Shown: positions 48,561-59,471, counted from the stretch's first letter. The stretch is 64,000 nucleotides of DNA from an uncultured Gammaproteobacteria bacterium (GCA_964531275.1 CAZHDZ010000004.1:73887-137886), one strand, 5' to 3'. The notes: generated by a model from the sequence alone, not told the origin. A program made the numbers and translations.

Positions 48561-49460
48561 CTAGTATTTGAAGTTAAGATCAATAGTCTTTTTATCTCCA
48601 TCTATTTCTCCAACTTTAAGTTGGACTATCTTTTTTGCATCAGCTTCGTCAATTGCAACTCCAATTCGTGTGTATTTTGTAGAGATTGCCTGAACTTCGA
48701 CTGGATCATTATGTATATCTGGAGCAAGTTGTTCAGTCTTATTACTTTGCGCAACAAGTCTCACATAATCCCTTGTATTCAATTGTATGGTCTGCTTAAG
48801 ATTGTTAGTAATTTTCAAACTAAGAATAAGAAAGACTCGTCCATCAACTGCTGTTGCTCTTTGTCCCTGCACAATAATCTGTTTTTGTATTGACGCAGAC
48901 TGAACAACATAATCAAATGAACCAACCTCTTTTCCTTTGTCATCCTTTAACGGAAATACAAATTTTCTATCTAAATGAACAGTTGCTAGGGCATTAAGAT
49001 TCGCAGACTTTTTTGAATCATCACTTACAGGCCTGCTTTGAGCATCAGGAAGAGATCTAACAATACTTATAATAGCGGCCAACACAATAACTCCAGCGAC
49101 AACAGGGATTATTTTTTTGAAATTCAATTTCTTAAAATCAAATCCTCCATTATTCATTTTTGGGAATCTTAGTCGTCGTGCTCTTGATGAAGCTTGTGAG
49201 GATGCATTATTAACACTCGAAGAAATAGGGTTATATATATTTGAAAATAGTACAACAGCTCGCTCAGCTACTCTTTGCATAAAAGCTTCAACATTGATTG
49301 TCGGAAGAGAAAATGATAACTCTACTTTTTTTGTTGTTGTGATAGGCGTTGGTGTTGTCATATTTTCCAAAAAAAATGCCCCGCATCTACGGGGCAGTAA
49401 GTTCTTACGGATCTTAGCAAAAGGAATTAGGGCTGTCAAGATAGTTTTTGAGCAAAACAA
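48561..49460 (-). CDS. Hypothetical membrane-anchored protein with a C-terminal beta-rich (Ig-like) domain. Start uncertain.
   Basis: TM IIPVVAGVIVLAAIISIV. Divergently placed relative to the MacAB-like operon. Confidence 0.4.
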   Translation of the reverse strand: MFCSKTILTALIPFAKIRKNLLPRRCGAFFLENMTTPTPITTTKKVELSFSLPTINVEAFMQRVAERAVVLFSNIYNPISSSVNNASSQASSRARRLRFPKMNNGGFDFKKLNFKKIIPVVAGVIVLAAIISIVRSLPDAQSRPVSDDSKKSANLNALATVHLDRKFVFPLKDDKGKEVGSFDYVVQSASIQKQIIVQGQRATAVDGRVFLILSLKITNNLKQTIQLNTRDYVRLVAQSNKTEQLAPDIHNDPVEVQAISTKYTRIGVAIDEADAKKIVQLKVGEIDGDKKTIDLNFKY

Positions 49461-49491
49461 AGGAAACAGTCATTGGTTATAGATTTCTCAT

Positions 49492-50574
49492 GTGTATATA
49501 ATGGATTCTGGCAGTTTTTTTTGTATGGTAAAAAATAGACTAAATCATATATTCGAATTCATTAAGCATCATAAGATTATTTCTATTGTTGTTATCGCTG
49601 TAATTTTAATAGTAGCTTTTTTTCTGAGACCAAAACCCCCAAAAGATATTCCTACCGAGCCTGTAACTAGGCATGAAATTATTCAGTCAGTAGCAATAAC
49701 CGGAAGCGTCACTGCTGAAAAAAATGTAGATCTTGCATTTCAAATCCCTGGAAAACTCACAATTTTAAATGTTAAAAAGGGGGATACCGTCACCCAAGGA
49801 CAAACAATTGCACTTCTTGACCAAAGGACTTCTCTTAAGAATTTGAAAAAGGCACTTCTTGACTACTCTATACAAAGAAATACTTATGAAACTTTTGCAA
49901 AGAACCAGCAAGCCTACAAACCGAGTGACGCTCTTAACGAGAGCATGAGAAGAATTCTTGAAAATAATCAATACAATCTTGATATTGCTGTAAATTCTGT
50001 AGAGCTTCAGGATCTTGCTCGAGAACAGTCAATTCTTACTACACCAATATCTGGCATCATCACACGTGCGGATGCCAAAAGTAATGGCGTAAATATTGGA
50101 GTTACTACAGTATTTTCTGTTGTCGATCCGACTTCTCTCAGTTTTAGAATGGAAGTAGATGAAGCGGACATCAGCAAGATTGAGCCGGGCCAAGCAGTTG
50201 AAGTAATACTTAATTCTTATCCAGACAAAACATTTAAGCTGAAGGTTTCTGACATCGATTTTGTTACTCATACAACTTCAACCGGTGGAAATGCTTTTGA
50301 TGTCAAGGCAGCAATCTCCTCACAAGTCAATTCCCCACTGCGTGTCGGCATGAATGGAAATGCTACGATCATCACAAACAAAAAAAGCAATGTGATAACA
50401 ATCCCTTTGGCAAGCCTACTTGACGATAACACTGTATACATAAAAGAGGGAATGAGCTATACGAAGAAAAAAGTAAAACTCGGTATTCAAAGTGATACTG
50501 AAGCTGAGGTTATTTCGGGTCTATCGGAAGGCAATATTTTAGTATTAGATCCCTCACAAATCCCTGCCAAATAA
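49492..50574 (+). CDS. HlyD/MacA-family periplasmic adaptor (membrane fusion protein).
   Basis: N-terminal TM, coiled-coil region, biotinyl/lipoyl-like and beta-barrel segments. Precedes a MacB-type ABC pair. Confidence 0.7.
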   Translation: MYIMDSGSFFCMVKNRLNHIFEFIKHHKIISIVVIAVILIVAFFLRPKPPKDIPTEPVTRHEIIQSVAITGSVTAEKNVDLAFQIPGKLTILNVKKGDTVTQGQTIALLDQRTSLKNLKKALLDYSIQRNTYETFAKNQQAYKPSDALNESMRRILENNQYNLDIAVNSVELQDLAREQSILTTPISGIITRADAKSNGVNIGVTTVFSVVDPTSLSFRMEVDEADISKIEPGQAVEVILNSYPDKTFKLKVSDIDFVTHTTSTGGNAFDVKAAISSQVNSPLRVGMNGNATIITNKKSNVITIPLASLLDDNTVYIKEGMSYTKKKVKLGIQSDTEAEVISGLSEGNILVLDPSQIPAK

Positions 50575-50580
50575 TCCGAC

Positions 50581-51255
50581 ATGAACCAAAAAACTGTAAT
50601 AAAGCTTGAAAATGTAACGAAGGATTATGTGACTGGGGATGTTGTAACCCAAGTTTTAAAAGGCGTTACCCTTACCGTTAATCGAGGAGACTTCATAGCA
50701 ATCACAGGAAGATCGGGAAGTGGCAAGTCAACCCTCATGAATATTATTGGGCTTTTGGATACCCCAACTTCCGGTAAATATATTCTCAATAATACAGCTG
50801 TTGAAAATTTTAGCGAAGATGAGTTGTCAGCAATACGTAACAAGCAGATAGGATTTGTATTTCAATCCTTCAATCTACTCTCACGCTCCACCACTCTTGA
50901 AAATGTAATTTTGCCTTCTATATATGCGGGGACGCCCGAAAAAGTTCGGGTTGCACGAGCCAAAGAAATACTAGCAAAGCTTGGTCTTTCTGAACGCATG
51001 AATAATCGTCCAAATCAACTATCTGGAGGGCAGCAACAAAGAGTAGCAATAGCCCGCTCATTGATGAATGATCCGGATTTTATTTTGGCCGATGAGCCAA
51101 CCGGCAATCTTGATACAAGTTCAGGAAATGATGTGATGGGAATATTAAAAGAACTCAACGGTCAAGGCAAAACAATAGTACTTATCACACACGAAATGGA
51201 TATAGCACGCCAAGCAAAAAAAATAATAAAGATGGTCGACGGCGCGATTTCTTAA
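50581..51255 (+). CDS. ABC transporter ATP-binding protein (MacB/LolD/FtsE type).
   Basis: Walker [11 protein letters not shown], signature [15 protein letters not shown], Walker [12 protein letters not shown]. Confidence 0.85.
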   Translation: MNQKTVIKLENVTKDYVTGDVVTQVLKGVTLTVNRGDFIAITGRSGSGKSTLMNIIGLLDTPTSGKYILNNTAVENFSEDELSAIRNKQIGFVFQSFNLLSRSTTLENVILPSIYAGTPEKVRVARAKEILAKLGLSERMNNRPNQLSGGQQQRVAIARSLMNDPDFILADEPTGNLDTSSGNDVMGILKELNGQGKTIVLITHEMDIARQAKKIIKMVDGAIS

Positions 51256-51256
51256 T

Positions 51257-52450
51257 ATGGAAGTAAAAGAATTATTCAGACTTTCTTATAGATCTCTAGT
51301 TGCAAACAAATTGCGAAGTTTTTTAACAACCCTTGGCATTATCATTGGAGTATTTGCAATTATCATGTTAGTTTCTGTTGGAACTGGCCTCCAGACATAC
51401 ATTACAAATCAAGTCCAGGGATTTGGATCAAACCTTATTTTTATCATTCCTGGAAGTGGTACAGGAGGAAGAACGCCAGGGGGTGTTGTAATCAACAAAT
51501 TAGTGGTTTCTGATGCGGTAAATATTTCCACAAAGCTAAGGTCCTACGCAACTGTAGCCCCCGTATTCCAACAAGCAGCTGGAGTAAAGTATAAGAACAA
51601 AACAGAAAAAGGAGTGTCGATTTTAGGTACAACAGCCAATTACGATGACACTGTGAAAAATGCATATGTTGAAGTAGGTACATTTTTCACGGAAAGCCAA
51701 GCACGATCTGGAGCAAACGTTGCGGTAATAGGAACTTCCATAAAAGACGGTTTATTCCCGAATGAGTCTCCAATTGGGAAACGCATGTATATAGGGAATA
51801 ATATCTATACAATTATCGGAATTCTTAACAAAAGAGGGGCCATATTTGGCATTGATCAAGATAAGGTTGCAGTAATTCCATTGGCAGCTTCCCGCAAACA
51901 ATTTGGAGTCAATCAAATTAATGCAATTTATGTCTCTGCCAATAATGAAAATCAAATACGATTCATCGAACGACAGGTAAAATCAGTGTTATTACGAAGA
52001 CTTACTGAAGATGACTTTACTGTACAATCCGCTGAATCGAGCCTTGAGATTGTTGGAAATGTTACAAATATTCTGTCATTGGCACTAGGGGGAATTGCAG
52101 CAATATCTCTTTTAGTAGGAGGTATCGGCGTTGCAAATATCATGCTTGTTTCGGTTACTGAGAGGACCCGGGAAATTGGTCTTAGAAAAGCGTTGGGTGC
52201 AAAAAGAGCTGACATTTTAAAACAATTTTTACTTGAAGCTGTCATCCTCTCTCTCATAGGAGGCACTGTGGGAATTATTTTAGGACTTATAGGGTCATTT
52301 ATTCTGGCACAGATTCTAGTTTCATCAGTTACACCATGGTCAGTAATTCTTGCTTTCACTTTCTCAATACTCATCGGCGTTATCTTCGGTATGGCACCTG
52401 CTATTCGAGCTTCAAAATTATCCCCAATAGATGCACTCAGGTACGAGTAA
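51257..52450 (+). CDS. ABC transporter permease, FtsX/MacB-like.
   Basis: N-terminal TM, large periplasmic domain, and a C-terminal FtsX four-TM bundle (LALGGIAAISLLVGGIGVANIMLVSVTERTREIGLRKALGA). Confidence 0.8.
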   Translation: MEVKELFRLSYRSLVANKLRSFLTTLGIIIGVFAIIMLVSVGTGLQTYITNQVQGFGSNLIFIIPGSGTGGRTPGGVVINKLVVSDAVNISTKLRSYATVAPVFQQAAGVKYKNKTEKGVSILGTTANYDDTVKNAYVEVGTFFTESQARSGANVAVIGTSIKDGLFPNESPIGKRMYIGNNIYTIIGILNKRGAIFGIDQDKVAVIPLAASRKQFGVNQINAIYVSANNENQIRFIERQVKSVLLRRLTEDDFTVQSAESSLEIVGNVTNILSLALGGIAAISLLVGGIGVANIMLVSVTERTREIGLRKALGAKRADILKQFLLEAVILSLIGGTVGIILGLIGSFILAQILVSSVTPWSVILAFTFSILIGVIFGMAPAIRASKLSPIDALRYE

Positions 52451-52496
52451 TCCCCTTGTCGTTTGCGCTCAAAAATGATACAATCTGTATCTTAAT

Positions 52497-54002
52497 ATGG
52501 CAACTTCCAAAAGAAGGTTGCCGAGCTCAAGAAGATCTGCCCCGGTCTCCCGCTTTGAAAGGTTTGGCGATATCAAACAAACAGTTGATTCAAGAATTTC
52601 TGATTTGAAAATCAAAAAACGCTACAACAATAGCGTTGCTTTTGCGCAGAAAAAACCTTTTACAAGCTTTTTCATTGTCCTTGGAGCCTTACTTCTTATT
52701 ATCATTCTCGGAAGCACTATCTTTAGCGTTAAAAGTCCAAAGATCGAAGGAAGAACCATGCCAAAGAACGTAAATGTTTATAGACTTGGAGCCTCTCCAA
52801 GAATTTCTGTACAGGGTGAAGTTAAAAAAGGTGGCGTTGTTAAGATAGTCGCCTCAACTCCCGGAATTGTTAATTCAATTAATGTATATGAAGGGGACTC
52901 TATTGAAAAAGGAACAGTTATCCTCAATCTTGCATCTAATTATGAAGGTGCAAATGCTGCGACTCTTCAACGCCAGCTTGCAGGATCATCTTATCAAAAC
53001 ACTAAAGATACGTATGATACACAAAAAGACCTTATTCAAAAACAACGAGATCTTGCAAATCTACAAAGCACAAACGCTGAAGGCATAAGGAAAATAACCC
53101 AAACATCGATTGAAGAAACAGAGCAACTTATTAATCTCAACTCAGAACTTATAAATCCTATTAAATCTCAGATTGCATCTCTTCAAAGTAGCAACGGCAG
53201 CCCTACGCAAATTGCAGAACTTCAGTCATTGCAGTCACAACTACAAGGAGGCATTAATCAGCTACAGTCAGCGCTTCGCGCAAGCAGGCTTCAAGTTGAT
53301 CCGAGCAAAGCCCCAGTTGCACTTGAAAAAATTGGACATGAAATTGCCCTAAAACAAATAGCTCTACAAGAAAGAGCATTGAAATTTGGACTTGAAGCAG
53401 CAGGAATACAATTCAGACTTGCCCAAGTTCAGGAGTCAACTATGTATCCTTCGTCTCCATTCAATGCAGTTGTACAAAAGATTAATGTCAAAGTTGGGGA
53501 CTCAGTTAATCCTGGTGCAACACTTGCAACACTAGCAGGGGACAGCGGAGACGTTGTAGTTGATGCAAAGGTTCCGAAAGAAATAGCTGAAAAAGTTTCG
53601 AAAATTGAAAAGGCTGTTATTGATATAAATGGAAAGAAAATTGAACTAATGCCTTCCTATGTATCAACAGAGGCAACTGATGGTCAATTATATTCTGTTC
53701 TCTTTACCTTGCCTACTGAATACAAAAAGCTCTTTACTGATAGCTCATTCGTAAGTGTCTCACTACCCATTGGAGAAACCATAGGATCGACAATACCGTT
53801 TGTGCCGGTTGATAGCGTTTTTCAGACACAGGATGAGGCATTTGTTTTCGTAATAGAAGGTGGGAAAGCACGATCAAGAAAAGTAAAACTCGGACCAGTT
53901 ACCGGAAGTTATGTCACCATCGAACAAGGATTAACGTCTCGTGATCAGGTAATTCTTAATAGAACTGTTATTGATGGAGATTCTGTAAAAGTTCAGAACT
54001 AA
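52497..54002 (+). CDS. Efflux RND periplasmic adaptor subunit (HlyD-like) with an N-terminal cytoplasmic extension.
   Basis: Single TM and a long coiled-coil. C-terminal beta-barrel domains. Directly precedes the RND pump gene. Confidence 0.55.
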   Translation: MATSKRRLPSSRRSAPVSRFERFGDIKQTVDSRISDLKIKKRYNNSVAFAQKKPFTSFFIVLGALLLIIILGSTIFSVKSPKIEGRTMPKNVNVYRLGASPRISVQGEVKKGGVVKIVASTPGIVNSINVYEGDSIEKGTVILNLASNYEGANAATLQRQLAGSSYQNTKDTYDTQKDLIQKQRDLANLQSTNAEGIRKITQTSIEETEQLINLNSELINPIKSQIASLQSSNGSPTQIAELQSLQSQLQGGINQLQSALRASRLQVDPSKAPVALEKIGHEIALKQIALQERALKFGLEAAGIQFRLAQVQESTMYPSSPFNAVVQKINVKVGDSVNPGATLATLAGDSGDVVVDAKVPKEIAEKVSKIEKAVIDINGKKIELMPSYVSTEATDGQLYSVLFTLPTEYKKLFTDSSFVSVSLPIGETIGSTIPFVPVDSVFQTQDEAFVFVIEGGKARSRKVKLGPVTGSYVTIEQGLTSRDQVILNRTVIDGDSVKVQN

Positions 54003-54007
54003 TATGT

Positions 54008-57000
54008 ATGAGCACATCCAAGTATTTACAAAAATTAAAGTTTGATCCACGTTTATCGAATTCGTTTTTCGCGAAGTATCTTTCCAATTTCAGACTAGTA
54101 ACGCTTGTTGTCCTTGCTGTAATTGCTTTTGGCGCATCAGCATATGCTTCTCTTCCAAGAAAATTAAATCCGACAATTAATATTCCGCTTGTTATTGTGT
54201 CGACAGTTCTTCCGGGAGGAAGCCCTTCAGACATAGAATCTCTTATCAGCGTGCCAATCGAGGATGCTGTAAATGGTATTGAGAAAATCAAGCAGGTCAC
54301 ATCTTCTTCCCGAGATTCAGTATCTATAGTTACTATTGAATTTGAATCGGGAACAGATCCTGAAAAGGCAAAGACTGAAGTAGACTCTGCTGTTAAATCT
54401 ATTTCAGATCTTCCTGAAGACGCTTTAGATCCGACCGTTACAAAACTAGACTTTGAAAATCAACCTATTTGGACATTTAATTTAGTGTCTTCTCGTGATG
54501 ACAGAGCAAGTCTTATCCGTTTTTCAAGAGACCTAAAAAATGATCTTGAAGAATTGGCAACAATTGATAGAGTCGCTATCACTGGAATTGATGAACAAGA
54601 AATTCAAGTAATTCTAAAACCTGAAGTTATTAGCTCATATGGAATAAATCCACTTCAGCTAACTAGCACTATCAAAAATAGTCTTAGCTCCTTCCCAGCA
54701 GGAACCGTAAGAACAAAGGACTCGACCTTCTCTCTCACCATAGACCAAGGAGCTATAACCGTAAATGACATTAGGGATATAAAAATTTCACTGGATGGAT
54801 CTATTGTTCCCCTTGGGGATATAGCAGAAATAAAAGAAGTCTCAAAGCCTGATCAGAATCAGTCTTACATCATGACCGAAGGCAAGGTTCATTCATCAGT
54901 TAGCTTTAACGTCTTCAGAGTTACGTCAACTAATATTGAGCGCGCAAGTGGTGATGCTGAAAAATTGGTGGACCAAAAACTCGAGGAAGAGGGTGGAAGA
55001 TTTTCTATCAGAACAATAACTAATGCTTCAGAAGTTCTAACGGAAGAATTCGGAAACCTTATAAGAGACGTTATCATTACAATTATTTTGGTTTTTGGGG
55101 TACTCCTCGTATTCTTAGGTATCCGTCAGGCCCTGATATCAATGCTTTCTGTTCCACTAACATTTTTAATTACGTTTCTTGTTATGCAATTTGCAGGAAT
55201 CGAATTTTCGTTTCTTGCTACCTTTTCCCTACTACTCTCTCTAGGACTTTTGGTTGATGACACTATCGTTGTTATTTCTGCCATGACTTCTTATTTCAGA
55301 ACTAAAAAATTCACTCCATACGAGACCGCACTCTTGGTCTTTCGAGACTTTAAAGTAGCAATTCTTACAACTACCATTACAACTGTATGGGCATTCGTTC
55401 CTCTTATATTAGGGACAGGAATTATCGGGGAATTCATAAAGCCTATTCCAATAGTTGTGTCATCAGCTCTTCTTGGATCTCTTTTTGTGGCATTCTTTAT
55501 AACAATTCCTTTCATGGTCTTCTTATTAAAGCCAACTCTACCATTTAGAGTAAAAGTTCTTTTTATAGGATTACTTTTTGCAGCTATTATCTATGGCCTT
55601 TTTTACATAGTGCTTCCTCAATCTAATATTGTCCTAATAGAAATTCTTGCATTCATATTTTTTGCTTTTGCTGTTTTCAAATTATGGGGGCACTCAAAAG
55701 AAAGAATTCTAAATGAAGTGAACACGAGATTTAATACTGAATTTGATTTCAGAAGTGCGCTTAGTAATGGTCTTTTACACTTCGATGTGATTGAGAAAAG
55801 ATATCATGTAGTTCTTGAAAAAATTCTGCACTCAAGAAAGGCACGAAGAAATACAGTGTTATTTGTAGGAATCTTTTTACTTTTTTCTTTCTTGCTGCTC
55901 CCATTTGGATTTGTAAAAAATGAATTCTTCCCCAAGACCGATGAAGATAATTTATATATCTCTATAGAATTTCCTACCGGGACAAATGCCGAGACATCTA
56001 GAGAGAAAGGGTTGACATTCTTCAACTCTCTTAAAAATATTCCTGAAGCAGAATTTATAACCCTAGAGACAGGCCAAGGATATTCATCTGACCAAGGACC
56101 AGGTGGAAGTGGAGGGAACAGTGTCCTTTTCTCTTTTGCCTTAGATCCAAAAAGAGAAAAGACCTCATCGGACTTAGCAACTGAGCTTCGAAATAAATTT
56201 GCCAACTACGATGATGGAAAAATTTCAGTCAATGAAGTATCTGGTGGACCACCAGCAGGATCGGATCTTCAAATAAAGCTATTTGGGCCTGATCTGTCGG
56301 CCCTAGACTCCTATGCAGGAAAAATTCAGAATTATCTCTCAAAGCAAAAAGGCGTAACGAATATCGATAAGACGATAAAGCCTGGAACTTCAAAATTAGT
56401 ATTTATTCCTGACCAGACAAAGCTTGCAAGCAATAACATGACCCTTGATCAATTAGGTATTTGGTTGAGAATTTTCGCTTCAGGATTCCAAGCAGATACT
56501 CTTAAGATGCCTGATGAAACAGATCTAACGCAAGACATAACGATAAGACTTGGAGGATCTACGCAAAATATCGAAGATATCTCAAGGATTGCAATACCTA
56601 CACAAAATGGATCAGTACTTCTTACGTCTCTAGGAAAGCTTGAGCTTCGCACGAATCCAACCCTTATTACTCGTGAAGATGGTAAAAGAACTTTATCGGT
56701 AACAGCAGGAGTAATTGCTGGAAATAATGTTGCGGCTATGAACGCTGATCTTGAAAAATATGCTGATAGTCTAAATCTCCCCCAAGGATATGGATGGGCA
56801 ACAGGAGGAGCAAATGAGGAGAATCAGAATTCGGTTAACTCAATCCTGCAAGCAATGCTTCTTTCATTTGTTCTTATTATTGCAACGCTAGTTCTTCAAT
56901 TTTCATCATTTAGACGCGCTCTTATTGTTATGCTTGTTATCCCACTATCGATAACAGGAGTATTTATAATTTTTGCGTTAACAAATACGCCACTTTCTTT

Positions 57001-57340
57001 CCCGGCTCTTATTGGAGTACTGGCGCTTTTTGGAATTGTTGTTAAAAATTCTATTCTTGTTGTTGATAAGATCCTGACAAATCAAGCAACAGGCATGCCA
57101 TTTGTAGACTCGATAGTTGAAGCGTCAACTTCCAGGCTAGAACCAATCGCACTTACCTCTATTGCAACAATTGTTGGACTTATCCCAATAACTCTTTCTG
57201 ACCCTCTATGGCGTGGTCTTGGTGGAGCAATTATTGCAGGCCTAGCCTTCTCTGGAACGATCATGTTGTTCTTTATCCCTGTTGTGTATTACATGATTTA
57301 TTCCAGATATCACAAGGACGAGCTTCCAAAGAATGGGTGA
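54008..57340 (+). CDS. RND-family efflux transporter permease (AcrB/HAE-like), 1110 aa.
   Basis: 12-TM architecture with two large periplasmic loops. N-terminal AcrB-like sequence (PRKLNPTINIPLVIVSTVLPGGSPSDIESLISVPIEDAV). Confidence 0.85.
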   Translation: MSTSKYLQKLKFDPRLSNSFFAKYLSNFRLVTLVVLAVIAFGASAYASLPRKLNPTINIPLVIVSTVLPGGSPSDIESLISVPIEDAVNGIEKIKQVTSSSRDSVSIVTIEFESGTDPEKAKTEVDSAVKSISDLPEDALDPTVTKLDFENQPIWTFNLVSSRDDRASLIRFSRDLKNDLEELATIDRVAITGIDEQEIQVILKPEVISSYGINPLQLTSTIKNSLSSFPAGTVRTKDSTFSLTIDQGAITVNDIRDIKISLDGSIVPLGDIAEIKEVSKPDQNQSYIMTEGKVHSSVSFNVFRVTSTNIERASGDAEKLVDQKLEEEGGRFSIRTITNASEVLTEEFGNLIRDVIITIILVFGVLLVFLGIRQALISMLSVPLTFLITFLVMQFAGIEFSFLATFSLLLSLGLLVDDTIVVISAMTSYFRTKKFTPYETALLVFRDFKVAILTTTITTVWAFVPLILGTGIIGEFIKPIPIVVSSALLGSLFVAFFITIPFMVFLLKPTLPFRVKVLFIGLLFAAIIYGLFYIVLPQSNIVLIEILAFIFFAFAVFKLWGHSKERILNEVNTRFNTEFDFRSALSNGLLHFDVIEKRYHVVLEKILHSRKARRNTVLFVGIFLLFSFLLLPFGFVKNEFFPKTDEDNLYISIEFPTGTNAETSREKGLTFFNSLKNIPEAEFITLETGQGYSSDQGPGGSGGNSVLFSFALDPKREKTSSDLATELRNKFANYDDGKISVNEVSGGPPAGSDLQIKLFGPDLSALDSYAGKIQNYLSKQKGVTNIDKTIKPGTSKLVFIPDQTKLASNNMTLDQLGIWLRIFASGFQADTLKMPDETDLTQDITIRLGGSTQNIEDISRIAIPTQNGSVLLTSLGKLELRTNPTLITREDGKRTLSVTAGVIAGNNVAAMNADLEKYADSLNLPQGYGWATGGANEENQNSVNSILQAMLLSFVLIIATLVLQFSSFRRALIVMLVIPLSITGVFIIFALTNTPLSFPALIGVLALFGIVVKNSILVVDKILTNQATGMPFVDSIVEASTSRLEPIALTSIATIVGLIPITLSDPLWRGLGGAIIAGLAFSGTIMLFFIPVVYYMIYSRYHKDELPKNG

Positions 57341-57355
57341 TGATATACTCTCTTC

Positions 57356-58159
57356 GTGAACCCCGAAATTAAAGCATTTCAAAAGAAAATTTACGCTTTT
57401 TTCAAAGATAACAGACGGGATTTTCCATGGCGAAATACAACCGATCCTTATAAGATTTTGGTATCTGAAGTCATGCTTCAACAGACCCAAACCTCTCGTG
57501 TAGTTGAAAAGTATCTTGCCTTCATAAAAAGTTTTCCTGATACTAAAACCCTTGCAGGAGCAACATTTCCTGAGGTCTTACGGCTTTGGCAGGGGCTTGG
57601 CTATAATAGGCGGGCGATGTGGCTTAAAAAGTCATCTGAAATTATCTCAAAAGACTTAGGAGGTATTTTTCCAAACACTCAGAAAGAACTAACAAAACTT
57701 CCAGGTATCGGAACGAATACTGCAGGTGCTATTGTCGCCTTTGCATTTAATGAGCCGGTTGTATTTATCGAAACAAATATTAGGCGTGTTTTTATTCATG
57801 ACTTTTTTAAAGACGCTGAGAATATTTCAGACGAAGAGATCCTTCCCCTTATTGAAGAAGCTCTTCCTCCGAAAGACGTACGCGAATGGTACTATGCCTT
57901 AATGGACTACGGAGTATTTCTTGCAAAGCAGACTATCAATCCAAATCGAAAGAGCAAACACTACTCAGTACAATCTAAATTTAAAGGATCAATGCGCCAA
58001 ACAAGAGGGGAAATATTAAAAGAGCTATTAATAGGAAGTCAGGAATCAAAAGACGTAAAAAATAAAATAAAAAGTGAGCATTTCAAAATAGCTCTTGAAC
58101 AGCTCATGGATGAAGGCTTTGTTGAAAAAAATGGGAAAGTATTACAATTGAAGTCTTGA
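57356..58159 (+). CDS. mutY: MutY-family adenine DNA glycosylase, catalytic HhH-GPD domain only (no Fe-S loop or NUDIX-like C-domain).
   Basis: VSEVMLQQTQTSRVVEKYLAFIKSFP, LWQGLGYNRRA and LPGIGTNTAGAIVAFAF are collinear with the MutY N-terminal domain. 267 aa. Confidence 0.7.
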   Translation: MNPEIKAFQKKIYAFFKDNRRDFPWRNTTDPYKILVSEVMLQQTQTSRVVEKYLAFIKSFPDTKTLAGATFPEVLRLWQGLGYNRRAMWLKKSSEIISKDLGGIFPNTQKELTKLPGIGTNTAGAIVAFAFNEPVVFIETNIRRVFIHDFFKDAENISDEEILPLIEEALPPKDVREWYYALMDYGVFLAKQTINPNRKSKHYSVQSKFKGSMRQTRGEILKELLIGSQESKDVKNKIKSEHFKIALEQLMDEGFVEKNGKVLQLKS

Positions 58160-58191
58160 TTTTAATACCACAATTCTCGTAAACTAATTAG

Positions 58192-58980
58192 GTGGCTATC
58201 GATAAACATTTCCTCAAAGAGAATAAACTCGTTGTAAATACTGCCTGGATACTTGGCCTTATACTCATATTCTTATGGGCGGTTAATTTCTTCAATATCG
58301 CTTACCCCCTTACTGTAACCTCAAAACAAAGCTCAGGAGAATTAGCTGTTGTAGGCGTTGGAAAAGTTGATACTACTCCAGATACAGCATCAGTTGATCT
58401 TGGAATTGTAGTAAATGACGCAAAGACAATTGAAGAGGCATCAACCCAGATCAATAAAGTTAACAATGATATAGTAACTGGTCTTACTGCACTAGGAATT
58501 GAAAAGGGAGATATCAAAACTTCCAATTATTCTATTAATCCTAACTACGATTACACAAGAGTTCCAAATGGCACAATCACAGGCTACAGTGGGAATACTA
58601 CAGTTACAGTAAAGGTAAAAGATACAACAAAATTACCTCAAGTAATTGAAGCAGGAACAAAGGGCGGTGCTAACCAAGTTATGGGCACTAACTACACCAT
58701 CGATAAGCCTGAAGATTATCAAGAACAAGCTCGTAAAAAGGCTATCCAAAATGCTAAAGAGCAGGCAAATAAAATGGCTTCAGAGTTAGGAATAAGACTA
58801 GGACGCGTCGTAAATATTGTTGAATCTTCAAGCAGCAATGGACCAATACCAATGATGTATGCAAAGTCAGCTGTTATGAATCTTGATGCACGAGGAGGAA
58901 CCAATGCTCCTATCCCAGAACTCCAACCAGGAACCCAAACAATCACCTCAACCGTTACCTTGTATTTCGAAACACGTTAG
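58192..58980 (+). CDS. SIMPL-domain protein (DUF541 / BP26-like).
   Basis: N-terminal TM, then VVGVGKVDTTPDTASVDLGIVVND, GYSGNTTVTVKVKD and a C-terminal QPGTQTITSTVTLYFE. Typical SIMPL layout. Confidence 0.75.
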   Translation: MAIDKHFLKENKLVVNTAWILGLILIFLWAVNFFNIAYPLTVTSKQSSGELAVVGVGKVDTTPDTASVDLGIVVNDAKTIEEASTQINKVNNDIVTGLTALGIEKGDIKTSNYSINPNYDYTRVPNGTITGYSGNTTVTVKVKDTTKLPQVIEAGTKGGANQVMGTNYTIDKPEDYQEQARKKAIQNAKEQANKMASELGIRLGRVVNIVESSSSNGPIPMMYAKSAVMNLDARGGTNAPIPELQPGTQTITSTVTLYFETR

Positions 58981-59058
58981 ACAATGTACCCTAAGCATGG
59001 TCGAAGGGTAACCCTCTACTTCGAGACTAGATAACCTTTTAAACACTTGCTGATGTAT

Positions 59059-59334
59059 TTATTGAATAATTTTTTGAAAGAAGTTGTTGATTCTATCAAG
59101 ATCTTTCAAGGTATATTTTTTTGGAATGTCATTGCCGAGGAGTACTCTGCGAGTTTCTAGAGAGCAAAGTGTGTATTTTATCTGAGTCGGAATTTTCTCT
59201 TCTGGCATTTCTGAGCTCATTATTAACTTTTTGAGCTTTGTTGCCAAATAGCTAAATTTTATTTCATCGTGCTTATACCTATCTATCAGAACAATGATTT
59301 CAAAAAATGATTCTTTGTTATTTTGAAAATCCAT
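59059..59334 (-). CDS. Small hypothetical protein (91 aa) at the distal end of the Rhs locus.
   Basis: Intact ORF. Position is consistent with an immunity-type gene but there is no direct evidence. Confidence 0.3.
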   Translation of the reverse strand: MDFQNNKESFFEIIVLIDRYKHDEIKFSYLATKLKKLIMSSEMPEEKIPTQIKYTLCSLETRRVLLGNDIPKKYTLKDLDRINNFFQKIIQ

Positions 59335-59471
59335 TTAAGTTTAGGTTAATTTAATCGTAAACCAAACTTATTAAAAAATAATTAAAAAAAATCTTATACG
59401 TGACTACGACATTAATTTAATATCAAAAGACATTAAGCTTCCTTTTATTCCGCAGGTGATGAAGGATGAGA

